Below are positions 1 to 10,189 of a stretch of DNA of 64,000 nt, in pieces (positions within the stretch are counted from its first letter, which is position 1; every line of letters starts with the position of its first letter). The DNA comes from Dehalococcoidia bacterium (GTDB lineage: Bacteria; Chloroflexota; Dehalococcoidia; Lucifugimonadales; Australimonadaceae). The notes below the pieces were generated by a model. The model did not search any database. It was not told the DNA's origin and was given only the letters and a program-made list of their open reading frames with translations. The DNA is taken from contig CBDCQO010000011.1 of assembly GCA_965220655.1 (NCBI GenBank), positions 39,134 through 103,133 on the forward strand, written 5' to 3'. Both the position numbers and the translations under genes were made by a program.

Positions 1-786
1 CTGGTCGAGCAGGTGCAGACCGTGTACCGCAACCAGGGCGTGTCGATCAACGACAAGCACATCGAGACCATCATCAGCCAGATGTTGCGCTGGGTGCGCA
101 TCGACAACATCGGCGACACGGAGCTGCTCCCCAACCAGCTGATCGACCGCGCGCGCTTCCAGAGCGTGAACGAGCGCGTCATCGCCGAGGGCGGCGAGCC
201 CGCCACCAGCAAGCCGGAGCTCCGGGGCGTGACCCGTGCGTCACTCAACACGGACAGCTTCCTCGCCAAGGCGTCGTTCCAGGAGACGGCCCGCGTCCTC
301 ACCGAGGCGGCGATGTCCGGCGAGGTGGACTACCTGCGCGGACTCAAGGAGAACGTCATCATCGGACGGCTCATCCCCGCCCGCCTCGATGTATCCCCGG
401 AGGGGCGCAGCCTCCTCGGCATCCCCGAGGTACTGCCGTCCGCCGAGGGCGACAGCGACGACTTCGAGGCCATCATGGGCCTCATGGGTGAAGTGCCCGG
501 CATGGACGACTTCGAGGACGAGAACGGGCAAGCGCCGCACGCCGCGGTGGATGTGGACTTCTCCCTCGACGACGATGACGAGGGCGATGACGACGACCTC
601 TTCCTCGACGACGACGATGACGACGACCTCGACGAGCCTGCGAACACGGCCTCCGCTTCGACCGAAGAGGAAGAAGAAGAGGAAGAGGAGGCAGGCAGCG
701 CGGACGTCGATGACGATGAGATCGGGGTTGCTGACCCCGAGGACGCTCTCCTGGTCGAAGAGGAAACCGACAGCGCGGAGGAATAG
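1..786 (+). CDS. rpoC: RNA polymerase beta' subunit, C-terminal part (5'-truncated), with long acidic tail
   Basis: Motifs [34 protein letters not shown] and [14 protein letters not shown] are the canonical RpoC C-terminus. Confidence 0.97.
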   Translation: MVEQVQTVYRNQGVSINDKHIETIISQMLRWVRIDNIGDTELLPNQLIDRARFQSVNERVIAEGGEPATSKPELRGVTRASLNTDSFLAKASFQETARVLTEAAMSGEVDYLRGLKENVIIGRLIPARLDVSPEGRSLLGIPEVLPSAEGDSDDFEAIMGLMGEVPGMDDFEDENGQAPHAAVDVDFSLDDDDEGDDDDLFLDDDDDDDLDEPANTASASTEEEEEEEEEAGSADVDDDEIGVADPEDALLVEEETDSAEE

Positions 787-819
787 TCTGCGCCGTCCGG
801 AACGGGACTCAGTTGCACG

Positions 820-845
820 GAAGGGCGCCCTAGTGGGCGCCCTTC
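820..845. terminator. Hairpin between convergent rpoC and ctaB, probable bidirectional terminator
   Basis: Perfect inverted repeat GAAGGGCGCCC-TAGT-GGGCGCCCTTC. Confidence 0.7.
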
Positions 846-852
846 TGCATGA

Positions 853-1722
853 CTACGAGTACCAGGGCAGCATCGGCTCGACCGCCAGTGTGACGAACAC
901 GAGCGCGAGGTAGAGCAGCGAGTACTTGTACGCCGCGAGCGTGTCGCGGGAGTCTCCTCCGCCGAGCAGTGGCCACGACATGCGCAGCCAGACCGCGCTC
1001 AGCAGCGTCGTCACCAGCGCGAACGTCAGCCCGCCGTAGCCTGCGGCGAGCGGCAGCCAGGCCATCGCACCCAGCAGCACTACGTACAGCAGCACCTGCC
1101 GGGCAGTGTCGCGCCGCTCCGCCACCGCCGCCAGCATCGGCACGTTCGCGGCGGCGTAGTCGTCCCGCAACAGCATGGAGAGCGTCCAGAAGTGGGGCGG
1201 CGTCCAGAAGAAGATGAAAGCGAACATGTAGAGACCGAGCACCGTGAACTCGCCGGAGACCGCTGCCGCTCCGATGAGCGGCGGGAACGCTCCCGCGGCG
1301 CCGCCGATGACGATGTTGTTCCACGAACGCCGCTTGAGCAGCATCGTGTAGACCAGCACGTAGACCGCCGCGGCCGCGAAGGTGAGGGCTGCCGCCAGCG
1401 GGTTCGCTCCCGCTGCCATGAGAGCCGTGGCTGCGGCCACCAGCACCACCCCGACGAGCGCGGCGTTCCGCGCACTGATCTGTTGCGCCGGCACCGGCCG
1501 CACCCTCGTTCGGCGCATCACGGTGTCTATGTCTGCGTCCAGGCTCTGGTTGATGGCGTTCGCACCGCCCGCGGCGAGCGCTCCCGCGACAACGACGGTG
1601 AGCAGCACGAGCGCGTCCGGCGAACCCGCTGCCGCCTTCCATGCCCCTGCCGCTCCCGTGACCACGAGCAATAGCACGATGCGCGGTTTGCAGAGCGCCG
1701 TCACCTGGCGGAGGAACGCCAT
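853..1722 (-). CDS. ctaB: Protoheme IX farnesyltransferase (heme O synthase)
   Basis: KPRIV, NQSLDADIDTVMRRTRVRP, NIVIGGAAGAFPPLIG, FFWTPPHFW, DDYAAANVPML; ATG at 1722 overlaps the ctaA stop. Confidence 0.95.
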   Translation of the reverse strand: MAFLRQVTALCKPRIVLLLVVTGAAGAWKAAAGSPDALVLLTVVVAGALAAGGANAINQSLDADIDTVMRRTRVRPVPAQQISARNAALVGVVLVAAATALMAAGANPLAAALTFAAAAVYVLVYTMLLKRRSWNNIVIGGAAGAFPPLIGAAAVSGEFTVLGLYMFAFIFFWTPPHFWTLSMLLRDDYAAANVPMLAAVAERRDTARQVLLYVVLLGAMAWLPLAAGYGGLTFALVTTLLSAVWLRMSWPLLGGGDSRDTLAAYKYSLLYLALVFVTLAVEPMLPWYS

Positions 1723-2600
1723 CAGCGCGTCCGTCCGAGCAGCGCGAAACTGAACTGCGCCACGACGGCCCACCAGACGGTTGCGGCCAGACCGAGGTGC
1801 GCGATGCGTAACTCCTGCGGCAGCCGGAGCCAGACCGCGCTCACGCCCACCGTGAACTGCGCCGCCGCCAGCAGCGCGGCGATCACGCTCACGTAGAACG
1901 CCCAGCCTCCCACGCGGCGCGCCTGCCACGCCGTCCATATCAGCGCCAGCAGCAACACCGTCGCCGCTACGCGGTGAACGAGATGCACCCACGCGGCCTC
2001 CGTGCCGCTGCGCGCATCGCACAACGGCAGGCCGGGGCATCCGGCGCTGTGCCCGGTGCCCACGATCGTCCCTCCGGCGAGCACGACGAACGCCGCAGCG
2101 ATAACGAGCGCCCGCCATCGCCTGACGTCCGGGGGCGGCGAGAGACGCACGTCGAGCGCCCGCGCCGCGCCTCCGGTGAGCAGCGCAAGGGTGAGCAGGG
2201 AGAACGTCAGGTGCGCCAGCCGCACCATGCTGTGCAGTTCGGTGAGCACGGTGATGCCCCCGAGCACAGCCTGCACGAGGATCGCCACGAGCGCCCAGAC
2301 CAGCAATCGTGAGGTGAGCCGGTCATGCGCGCGGGCGCGGAAAGCGAAAGCGGCCGAGGCCGCCACGAGCAGCATCGTGACGCCTGCGTAGACGCGATGG
2401 CCGAACTCGATGGCGGTCGCGCCTTCGATCTCGGGGACGAGCACGCCCTCGCAGAGGGGCCAGTCGGGGCAGCCGAGGCCGGAACCGGAGACCCGCACCC
2501 ACGAGCCGTACGCGATGAGGCCGAGCGTGAGCACGGACGCCGCGAGAGCGAGCCACCCGGCGCGGCGGACGTCCACCGCGCGTATTCCCTGCGCTCCCAT
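1722..2600 (-). CDS. ctaA: Heme A synthase (COX15/CtaA)
   Basis: GSGLGCPDWPLC, IEFGHR, HLVHR motifs; multiple TM segments; adjacent to ctaB. Confidence 0.9.
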   Translation of the reverse strand: MGAQGIRAVDVRRAGWLALAASVLTLGLIAYGSWVRVSGSGLGCPDWPLCEGVLVPEIEGATAIEFGHRVYAGVTMLLVAASAAFAFRARAHDRLTSRLLVWALVAILVQAVLGGITVLTELHSMVRLAHLTFSLLTLALLTGGAARALDVRLSPPPDVRRWRALVIAAAFVVLAGGTIVGTGHSAGCPGLPLCDARSGTEAAWVHLVHRVAATVLLLALIWTAWQARRVGGWAFYVSVIAALLAAAQFTVGVSAVWLRLPQELRIAHLGLAATVWWAVVAQFSFALLGRTR

Positions 2601-2604
2601 CGAC

Positions 2605-2808
2605 CTATGCCACCCCGTACGACATGACGGCCAGGATGGCGATGAGTCCCACGGGCAGCAGCGTCCAGACGACCTCGGCGGCGCGTGTGCCCAGGATGCC
2701 GCGCGAGGCGTCCTGCTGCACGCGCATGCGCAGCGCAGTCACGACGATGGCCACTTCGGCCAGCGCCATGAGGCTGACGACTATCCAGAATCCTGCGTGG
2801 GGTGTCAT
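2605..2808 (-). CDS. Small two-TM protein resembling the N-terminal TM hairpin of cytochrome c oxidase subunit II
   Basis: 67 aa, two hydrophobic helices; AEVVWTLLP resembles Cox2 LE(I/V)xWTxxP; directly upstream of ctaA. Confidence 0.6.
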   Translation of the reverse strand: MTPHAGFWIVVSLMALAEVAIVVTALRMRVQQDASRGILGTRAAEVVWTLLPVGLIAILAVMSYGVA

Positions 2809-2935
2809 GTGCAGCGGTACGAGAGCACGCGGGCGGTCCTCCCCGCCCCGGCGCGCCTCCTCTATGGTAGCGTAAGCGGGCTGCCGCCGCCACGTTCTCC
2901 GGGTGACGAGCGGCGGTCCAACGAGGAGGTGGGAG

Positions 2936-3682
2936 ATGGCGATACGCGAGGAAGAGCTCGACCTGCCGGTGGACGAGGGGGAGATGGCCGTATTCCTCTA
3001 CGAGCCGGAGGACGCCGGGCCGCTGCCGTCCATCATCATGGTGCACGACGCCGTCGGCCTGACCGTCGAGGCGCGCGAGCAGGCCAGATGGCTCGCCGGA
3101 CACGGCTACACCGTCGCCGCGCCGGACGTCTTCCACCGCGCCGGGCGCCTGCTGACGCTGCCCGCCCTCGGCGGCGGTCCCGACGCTACGCCCCGCATCC
3201 GCGCGGGGATGACGAACGACGGCCACTGCGCCGACATCACGCGCCTCGCCGCCTTCCTGCGCGAGCGTCCCGCCAGCGACGGTCGCGTCGGGCTCACCGG
3301 GTTCTGTCTCGGCGGGCGCATCTCGTTCCTCGGCGCGGCGCTGGGCGGCGTCGTGGACGCGACCGTGGCGTTCTACCCCACGCGCCTGCTGGAGTCCGAC
3401 CCCGCGGTACCCGGCTCGCCGTGGCCGGTGCACGGGGCAGGGAACGTCACGAACCCGCTGCTGATGTTCTTCCCCGCGCTGGACGGCTTCAACCCGTACT
3501 CGAACGTCGAGGTGATCAGGGCCGCGTTCCCGGATACGGCAGACCACGTCCGCGCCGTGTGGGTGGAGGACGCCGACCACGCCTTCGCGCAGCCCGAGAG
3601 CGGCGCGTACCACCCGGAGCGCGCGGCCGGGGCGTGGGAGGAGGCGCTCGCGTTCTTCGACCGGCACCTCCGGCAGGTATAA
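2936..3682 (+). CDS. Dienelactone hydrolase family protein
   Basis: GFCLGG nucleophile elbow, ADHAF catalytic His, GGAG RBS. Confidence 0.9.
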   Translation: MAIREEELDLPVDEGEMAVFLYEPEDAGPLPSIIMVHDAVGLTVEAREQARWLAGHGYTVAAPDVFHRAGRLLTLPALGGGPDATPRIRAGMTNDGHCADITRLAAFLRERPASDGRVGLTGFCLGGRISFLGAALGGVVDATVAFYPTRLLESDPAVPGSPWPVHGAGNVTNPLLMFFPALDGFNPYSNVEVIRAAFPDTADHVRAVWVEDADHAFAQPESGAYHPERAAGAWEEALAFFDRHLRQV

Positions 3683-3749
3683 TCGCCCACTGCGCGTACG
3701 GGACCGAAACAGCGCTTATCAGCGCATCCGAGCACGAAGGAGCACTCGC

Positions 3750-4484
3750 ATGGACACGATAGAGCAGGTTGTCGACATCGAGACGGCGGACGGGACGATG
3801 GCAACGCCGACGTCGCGCCCGGCTGACGGCGGAACGCACCCGGGCGTCGTCGTCATCATGGAGGCGTTCGGCGTGAACCCCAACATCGAGGGCATCGTGC
3901 AGCGGTTCGCGAGCGAGGGCTACGTGGCCGCCGCGCCCGACCTCTTCCACCGCTCCGGCCGGCTGCGCTACGCCCCCTACGACAGGCTGCAGGAGATGCG
4001 CGAGGACCTGCGCTCCGGCGGCTTCGGCGACGCCTCCATCGACATGGACGTGCAGGCCGCGATCGACTACCTGCGCAGCGACCCGGACGTCGGCGCGATA
4101 GGCATCGTCGGCTTCTGCCTCGGCGGGCGCGTCACGATGCAGTCGGCGATACGCGCGAGCGGGCTGTCGGCGGCTGCCGTCTACTACGGCGGCTTCATGT
4201 TCCCCGGCGACGACCAGCCTGACGCGTTCCATGCGCTGCGCGAGGCCGGGGCGCTCTCGGTCCCGGTGATGGGCTTCTTCGGCGAGGACGACCAGAACCC
4301 GACGCCGGAGCAGGCGCGGACGCTGGACGAGCGGCTCACGGCCCTCGGCAAGGAGCATTCGTTCAACTACTACGCGGGCGCGGGACACGGCTTCTTCTGC
4401 GACGACCGCGCCAGCCACAACGCGGAGGCTGCTGCCGACGCCTGGGCGAAGACGCTCGCGTTCTTCGGGGAGCGGCTGCGCTGA
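3750..4484 (+). CDS. Dienelactone hydrolase family protein (paralog)
   Basis: MEAFGVN, GFCLGG, GAGHGF, AAADAW; AAGGAG RBS. Confidence 0.92.
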   Translation: MDTIEQVVDIETADGTMATPTSRPADGGTHPGVVVIMEAFGVNPNIEGIVQRFASEGYVAAAPDLFHRSGRLRYAPYDRLQEMREDLRSGGFGDASIDMDVQAAIDYLRSDPDVGAIGIVGFCLGGRVTMQSAIRASGLSAAAVYYGGFMFPGDDQPDAFHALREAGALSVPVMGFFGEDDQNPTPEQARTLDERLTALGKEHSFNYYAGAGHGFFCDDRASHNAEAAADAWAKTLAFFGERLR

Positions 4485-4493
4485 GCAATCGAC

Positions 4494-4622
4494 TGTCATT
4501 CCGAGCGAGCGCAGCGGAGCACGCGCTTTAGCGCGCGGAATCCTCTCGGGAGACGCCCTTTGACGCGCGAACGCTTCTCTGAGAGATGTTTCGACTCCGC
4601 ATCCGGCTACGCTCAACATGAC
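4494..4622. repeat. REP-like family 1 (GAGAGATGyTTCGACTCCG..CGCTCArCATGACA), inverted pair
   Basis: Further copies at about 8833-8870, 14275-14320, 19457-19559 (pair), 33201-33230, 33330-33363 and 57895-57939, all intergenic. Confidence 0.8.
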
Positions 4623-4647
4623 AGGGCATAGAGAGAGGAGACACCCC

Positions 4648-6039
4648 ATGACCGACGCGTATGACGTCATCATCATCGGAGGCGGGTCCGCCGGCGAGAA
4701 CGTCGCCGGACGCACCGCGCCCGCGGGACTGAGCACCGCCATCGTCGAGGCGGAGCTGGTCGGCGGCGAGTGCTCGTACTGGGCGTGCATGCCGAGCAAG
4801 GCGCTCCTCCGTCCCGGCGAGGCGCTCGCTGCGGCGAAGCGCGTGCCCGCCGTACGGGACGCCGTCACCGGCAGCGTGGACGCCGCCCGCGCGATGCGCG
4901 CCCGCGACGCGTTCGCGAGCCAATGGAGCGACGCAGGGCAGGAGCAGTGGGTCGCTTCCGTGGGCGCGGCGCTCATCCGCGGCTGGGGGCGGCTCGACGG
5001 CGAGAAGCGCGTCGTGGTCGAGATGGCCGACGGCAGCGGGAGCGTCGAACTGGAGGCGAACAAGGCCGTGGTGCTCGCGACCGGTTCGCTCGCCTTCGTG
5101 CCGCCCATCGAGGGGCTGGTCGAGGCCGAGCCGTGGACGAGCCGCGAGATCACGTCGGCGAAGAGCGTGCCGGAGAGCCTCATCATCATCGGCGGGGGCG
5201 TCGTCGGGCTGGAGATGGCGCAGGCGTGGAAGTCGCTCGGCACGGCCGAGGTGACGGTGCTGGAGCGCAGGACGCCCGAGGACACGCCGCTGTTCGAGCC
5301 GTTCGCGCTGCGGGCGGTCGTCGACTCGCTGGAGGCGCAGGGCGTCGTCTTCCGGTTCGGGTGCGTCGTGGCGTCGGCGGCCCGCGCGAGCGACGGCGTG
5401 AGCGTGACGATGGACAACGGCGAGACGCTGTACGCGCAGGAGCTGCTCGTGGCGGCGGGGCGCACCGGCGTCGTGGAGGGCGTCGGGCTGGAGACGGTCG
5501 GCGTCGACGCGCAGCGGTACGTGCAGGTGAACGACCACCTGCAGGTGGAGGGCGTGGACGGCGGCTGGCTGTACGCGGTGGGCGACGTGAACGGGCGGGC
5601 GCTGCTGACGCACCAGGGCAAGTACCAGGCGCGGCAGGCGGGCGACCACATCCGCGGGCTCGACGCCTCCGCCTGGGCGGACAACGGCATGGTGCCCGCG
5701 GTGGTGTTCACCGACCCGCAGATCGGCAGCGTGGGGCTGACGGAGCGCGCCGCCCGCGAGCGCGGCCTGAACATCCGCGCCATCGAGATGGGTTGGCCGG
5801 TCGCCGCGGCGCCGCTGCACGGCGAGCACTTCACCGGCGGCGTCAAGTTCATCGTGGACGAGGACCGGCGCGTGCTCGTCGGCGCGACGTTCGCAGGGCC
5901 GGAGGTCGGCGAGCTGACGCACGCGGCGACCATCGCCATCGTGGGCGAGGTGACGCTGGACCGGCTGTGGCACGCCACGCCGTCGTTCCCCACCCTCAGC
6001 GAGGTCTGGCTCCGCTTCCTGGAGACGTACGGCCTGTAA
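4648..6039 (+). CDS. Pyridine nucleotide-disulfide oxidoreductase (dihydrolipoamide dehydrogenase-like)
   Basis: IIGGGSAG FAD motif, GGECSYWACMPSK redox disulfide, GGGVVG NAD motif, C-terminal FPTLSE. Confidence 0.88.
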   Translation: MTDAYDVIIIGGGSAGENVAGRTAPAGLSTAIVEAELVGGECSYWACMPSKALLRPGEALAAAKRVPAVRDAVTGSVDAARAMRARDAFASQWSDAGQEQWVASVGAALIRGWGRLDGEKRVVVEMADGSGSVELEANKAVVLATGSLAFVPPIEGLVEAEPWTSREITSAKSVPESLIIIGGGVVGLEMAQAWKSLGTAEVTVLERRTPEDTPLFEPFALRAVVDSLEAQGVVFRFGCVVASAARASDGVSVTMDNGETLYAQELLVAAGRTGVVEGVGLETVGVDAQRYVQVNDHLQVEGVDGGWLYAVGDVNGRALLTHQGKYQARQAGDHIRGLDASAWADNGMVPAVVFTDPQIGSVGLTERAARERGLNIRAIEMGWPVAAAPLHGEHFTGGVKFIVDEDRRVLVGATFAGPEVGELTHAATIAIVGEVTLDRLWHATPSFPTLSEVWLRFLETYGL

Positions 6040-6049
6040 GCGAGGGGAG

Positions 6050-6343
6050 CGGGCGGAACAAGGTGCGCAACCCCCATGCGATTCTGCACACCTTGTAACC
6101 GCCGTTACGAGTAAACCGGGGGGTCGATTTGAGCACCTTGAGCACCTTGCGTTGCTCTGCGCAAGGCCACGGCCTGCTTCCCATGCACATTGAACAAGAT
6201 GCTCAATGTTTTCAAAAGTTGGAGTGCTCACCGGTGGCTCATTCCGTTGCATCGTGTTTCATCGCGCTGGCGGCAGGCTGCGAGAACGGTCATCCAACCA
6301 ACGTACGCGGACGGGGCGCGACCACGTAAGGGGCGGGTGTCAG
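6050..6343 (-). repeat. Dispersed ~300-bp structured element, copy A
   Basis: Shares the head TGACACCCGCCCCTT..GGTCGC..CGTACG, the motif GGGAAGCAGGCCGTGGCC (6165-6182) and the TACTCGTAA linker with copy C; collinear with copy D. Confidence 0.75.
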
Positions 6344-6373
6344 CAATCCGTGGGATCAACATCAAGGCACAGG

Positions 6374-6601
6374 ATGGACAGGATTATGGTCAGCCTGTAC
6401 CCGCCGCCGGGATCCCTACGGGTATTCGCGGCGGAGCAGGGCCGGGTGACGCTAACTATGAATGAGGGTACGGCGGAGTACCCGCGTATGCAGATGCTCA
6501 GTGTCGAGGAGATGCTGCGGCACGGGGAGCGTCCGAAGCTTCCACCGGTGGACCCGCGCTCGCTGGTCGGGGACACGCAGGACAAGATGCTGATTCTGTG
6601 A
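6374..6601 (+). pseudogene. C-terminal remnant of a DNA methyltransferase/Mrr-like restriction protein
   Basis: IMVSLYPP..AAEQG..YPRMQMLSVEEML..RPKLP resembles the YPRxQILTxEELL tail of MTase-Mrr fusions; no N-terminal part. Confidence 0.5.
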
Positions 6602-6807
6602 GGGGGGAGGGAGTAGGCATCTCCCGGGGAACGCTGATGGACAGGGAGCGAGGGCGAGTGTACAGGTGCAATGCTACTTATTGGTGACACGCGGGCCTTG
6701 CATGGTCGTCTTGGGAGTGGCCTATCCTGAGCAAACGGCTTGGGTAGGCCTCTGTAAACGAGCAATCCTGTAGGAACAGGTACATATGGTATATTGCCCC
6801 TGAGAGG

Positions 6808-7575
6808 ATGACGATGAGTTACAAGTCCGCAATCGAATGGACTGAATCAACTTGGAATCCGGTCACCGGCTGTACCAAGATTACCCGTGGATGCGACAAC
6901 TGCTACGCCGAGCGCCTCGCTGAACGATTCCGCGGGACGCGCGGGCATCCCTTCGAGCGCGGATTTGATCTCACGCTACGCCCAGAACGGCTAGGCCAGC
7001 CTCTTTCCTGGAAACGCCCTCGGATGATATTCGTGAACTCTATGAGTGATCTCTTTCACAAGGACATTCCAACGGAATTCGTCGATCAAGTATTCGAGAC
7101 CATGGAATCTGCTGACTGGCATGTCTTCCAGGTGCTCACTAAACGTAGTCCTATCATGAAGGATTACCTGCAGTCCCGATATGGAGCGGACCTTGCTCCA
7201 CGTCACATCTGGTGCGGCGTGTCCGTCGAGGATAAGAAAGCTACTGCACGTATCCGACACCTGCAAGACGCCCCAGTAGCGACTCGTTTTCTTTCTATAG
7301 AACCACTTTTGGGTCCCGTAGGGAACATAGACATCGACGGAATTTCTTGGGTCATCGTTGGTGGTGAAAGCGGACTAGGTGCTCGGCCTATGAAAGCTGA
7401 GTGGGTTATGGACATTCAGAAACTATGCGCATCACAACAAACACCATTCTTTTTCAAGCAATGGGGAGGGAAAACAGCGAAATCTGGCGGGCGGTTACTG
7501 AACGGAATCGAACACAACGCTATGCCTGCCTATCTGAAGGGAGAAGATGGTTACGCCTTTCGTATGGCCTCCTAA
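6808..7575 (+). CDS. DUF5131 / phage Gp37-Gp68 family three-Cys-motif protein
   Basis: SAIEWTESTWNPVTGCTKITRGCDNCYAE, FVNSMSDLFH, FQVLTKR, SIEPLLG, WVIVGGESG, FFFKQWGG. Confidence 0.95.
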   Translation: MTMSYKSAIEWTESTWNPVTGCTKITRGCDNCYAERLAERFRGTRGHPFERGFDLTLRPERLGQPLSWKRPRMIFVNSMSDLFHKDIPTEFVDQVFETMESADWHVFQVLTKRSPIMKDYLQSRYGADLAPRHIWCGVSVEDKKATARIRHLQDAPVATRFLSIEPLLGPVGNIDIDGISWVIVGGESGLGARPMKAEWVMDIQKLCASQQTPFFFKQWGGKTAKSGGRLLNGIEHNAMPAYLKGEDGYAFRMAS

Positions 7576-8809
7576 TGGCCCTCCACCGGTACTCGAAGAA
7601 CACAGCAGGGCGAAACTTGAAGTCCTGCGGCGTTATCTCCATGACTACTTGGACACACTTGGAGCGATTCCTGCGCGTGATGAATTCAAACTCGACCTTG
7701 TAGATGGATTCGCGGGTGGAGGTACGTTCCGGGACGGTAGGGGTATTGTTTCAGGCACACCACTCATCATGCTTGAGGAATGTGAGGCCGCTCAAGAGAG
7801 ACTCAACCAAGACCGCACCAAGCCCCTACGTTGTGATTTCAGGATGCACTTTGTTGACATTAATCCTGACCACACGACTCATTTACGAAGAGTCTTGGCT
7901 GAGCGCGGCCATACTGCAGACGGAAAGAAGATAACGATCCATACGAGCAGATTCGAGGCGGTAGCTGATAGAATCATTGCGGAAATACTAGAACGCCAAC
8001 CCAGAGCAGGTCGTGCAATCTTCCTATTGGACCAAACTGGTTTTTCACAAGTGGAGTTCGCTCTCGTGAAGCGCATTCTCACTAAGCTACCTAGGGCAGA
8101 AGTGATTTTGACGTTCGCCTCGGACGTACTAATGAACTACCTCGGAGAGAGACCACAGATCATCAATGCGGTCGCTCCTATCGCATTAACGGAATCCCAA
8201 ATACACGATTTGATTGAACTGAAGGAGGGGGATGGAGGTCGAGCACTCGTTCAAAGAGTGATGAGGGATCATATTCGCAGTACTACAGGTGCTACCTACG
8301 ACACGCCTTTTTTCATCCGACCAAGGCAATCTCGACGTGCCTTGTGGTTCCTTCACCTTTCACGGCATCCCAAGGCGCGTGATGTGATGATCCAATGTCA
8401 TTGGAACAGCTTCAATACATTCGAGCACTATGGTTCCGGTGATTTTGACATGCTCGGTTGGGATGCTTTGAATACGGGAACGCCGCCACTATTTCATTTT
8501 GAGGAACTCGAAGCGGTACAACTCCGGGAACAACTTCTTAGCTCTATGCCAGACCGGCTGTATGCATTGGCGGCAGAAAACCCCATCACTGTGGAGGCGA
8601 TGCGCGATGTACTCGCCAATGAAACAGCCGCGCGGTTCTCAGACCTTGATGATGTCGTCCTCCGGCTTGCCAAGGAAAAGGAGATTGATATTCTTGGCCC
8701 GTCAGGTAGACAGCGAGGACGCACTTTGACGCAGTTAGGTTCGACTGATTTGATTGCGATTCCTAGGATGCCTCTATTCCCGGGTCTCTCGCGTCGCCAA
8801 CGAAGCTGA
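7547..8809 (+). CDS. tcmP: Three-Cys-motif partner protein (SAM-dependent methyltransferase-like)
   Basis: HSRAKLEVLRRYL, VDGFAGGG SAM-binding motif, FLLDQTG; overlaps the DUF5131 gene. Confidence 0.88.
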   Translation: MVTPFVWPPNGPPPVLEEHSRAKLEVLRRYLHDYLDTLGAIPARDEFKLDLVDGFAGGGTFRDGRGIVSGTPLIMLEECEAAQERLNQDRTKPLRCDFRMHFVDINPDHTTHLRRVLAERGHTADGKKITIHTSRFEAVADRIIAEILERQPRAGRAIFLLDQTGFSQVEFALVKRILTKLPRAEVILTFASDVLMNYLGERPQIINAVAPIALTESQIHDLIELKEGDGGRALVQRVMRDHIRSTTGATYDTPFFIRPRQSRRALWFLHLSRHPKARDVMIQCHWNSFNTFEHYGSGDFDMLGWDALNTGTPPLFHFEELEAVQLREQLLSSMPDRLYALAAENPITVEAMRDVLANETAARFSDLDDVVLRLAKEKEIDILGPSGRQRGRTLTQLGSTDLIAIPRMPLFPGLSRRQRS

Positions 8810-8986
8810 TATCCAGCATACACGGATATCGCTGAGAGATGCTTCGACTCCGACTCCGCTCAACATGACAGGTCCCGCTCCGCACCGCCGGTTCACCCCT
8901 TCCTGACCTTCCACGATCGAGGGGGAAGGGATCAGACAGGGATGCGAGGTTCATGCCTCCGCAGGAACGACGGAGGTAGGCGATCC

Positions 8987-9330
8987 GTGACACCCGCCCC
9001 TTTCCCGGTCGCGCCCCGACCTCGTACGCTGGTTGGTGACGGCGCACCGCCCTGGGCGGACGGCGTCGGCGGGCCTGCCCCGGCAGGCGGGGGCGCGCCA
9101 AGCGCGTGCAGGAGTGGAATGTCCCTTAATGTCCCCAAATGTCACCCCCAGGACGACAGCGCCGCGCGGTCCACGCCTGCGTTGGGGGCATGGAGAGGAG
9201 GAGGCGGGAAGGACAACTCAGGACACGAGTCTACGCAAGGTGCATCCGGTTGCACCCGGCATGACGGGTCCGGTGCGAGGGGCCGGGCCGCAGGGGTGGT
9301 TTGGGACTGAATGAGACCGAATGAGACCGC
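8987..9330 (+). repeat. Dispersed element copy B (conserved head, divergent body with ~10-bp tandem repeats)
   Basis: GTGACACCCGCCCCTTTCCCGGTCGCGCCCCGACCTCGTACGCTGG head; AATGTC(C/A)C x3 at about 9118-9146; GAATGAGACC x2 at about 9309-9328. Confidence 0.65.
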
Positions 9331-9390
9331 CAGAAAACGATCGGGGACGCCTCCCTGTTGCCGTGCGGGGCGGGCGCGTAAACTGCCCGC

Positions 9391-10188
<798 letters not shown>

Positions 10189-10189
10189 G

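Noticed and set aside
4648-6039. Mercuric reductase MerA
   Set aside because: No C-terminal Cys-Cys pair, no HMA domain and no mer operon
3516-6252. Long antisense and alternate-frame ORFs (e.g. 857 aa and 574 aa, and many like them across the window)
   Set aside because: Shadow ORFs of high-GC genes; Arg/Ala/Pro- or Ser-rich with no motifs, and they overlap well-supported genes
6770-6800. LexA box upstream of DUF5131
   Set aside because: GAACAGGTACAT does not fit GAAC-N4-GTTC
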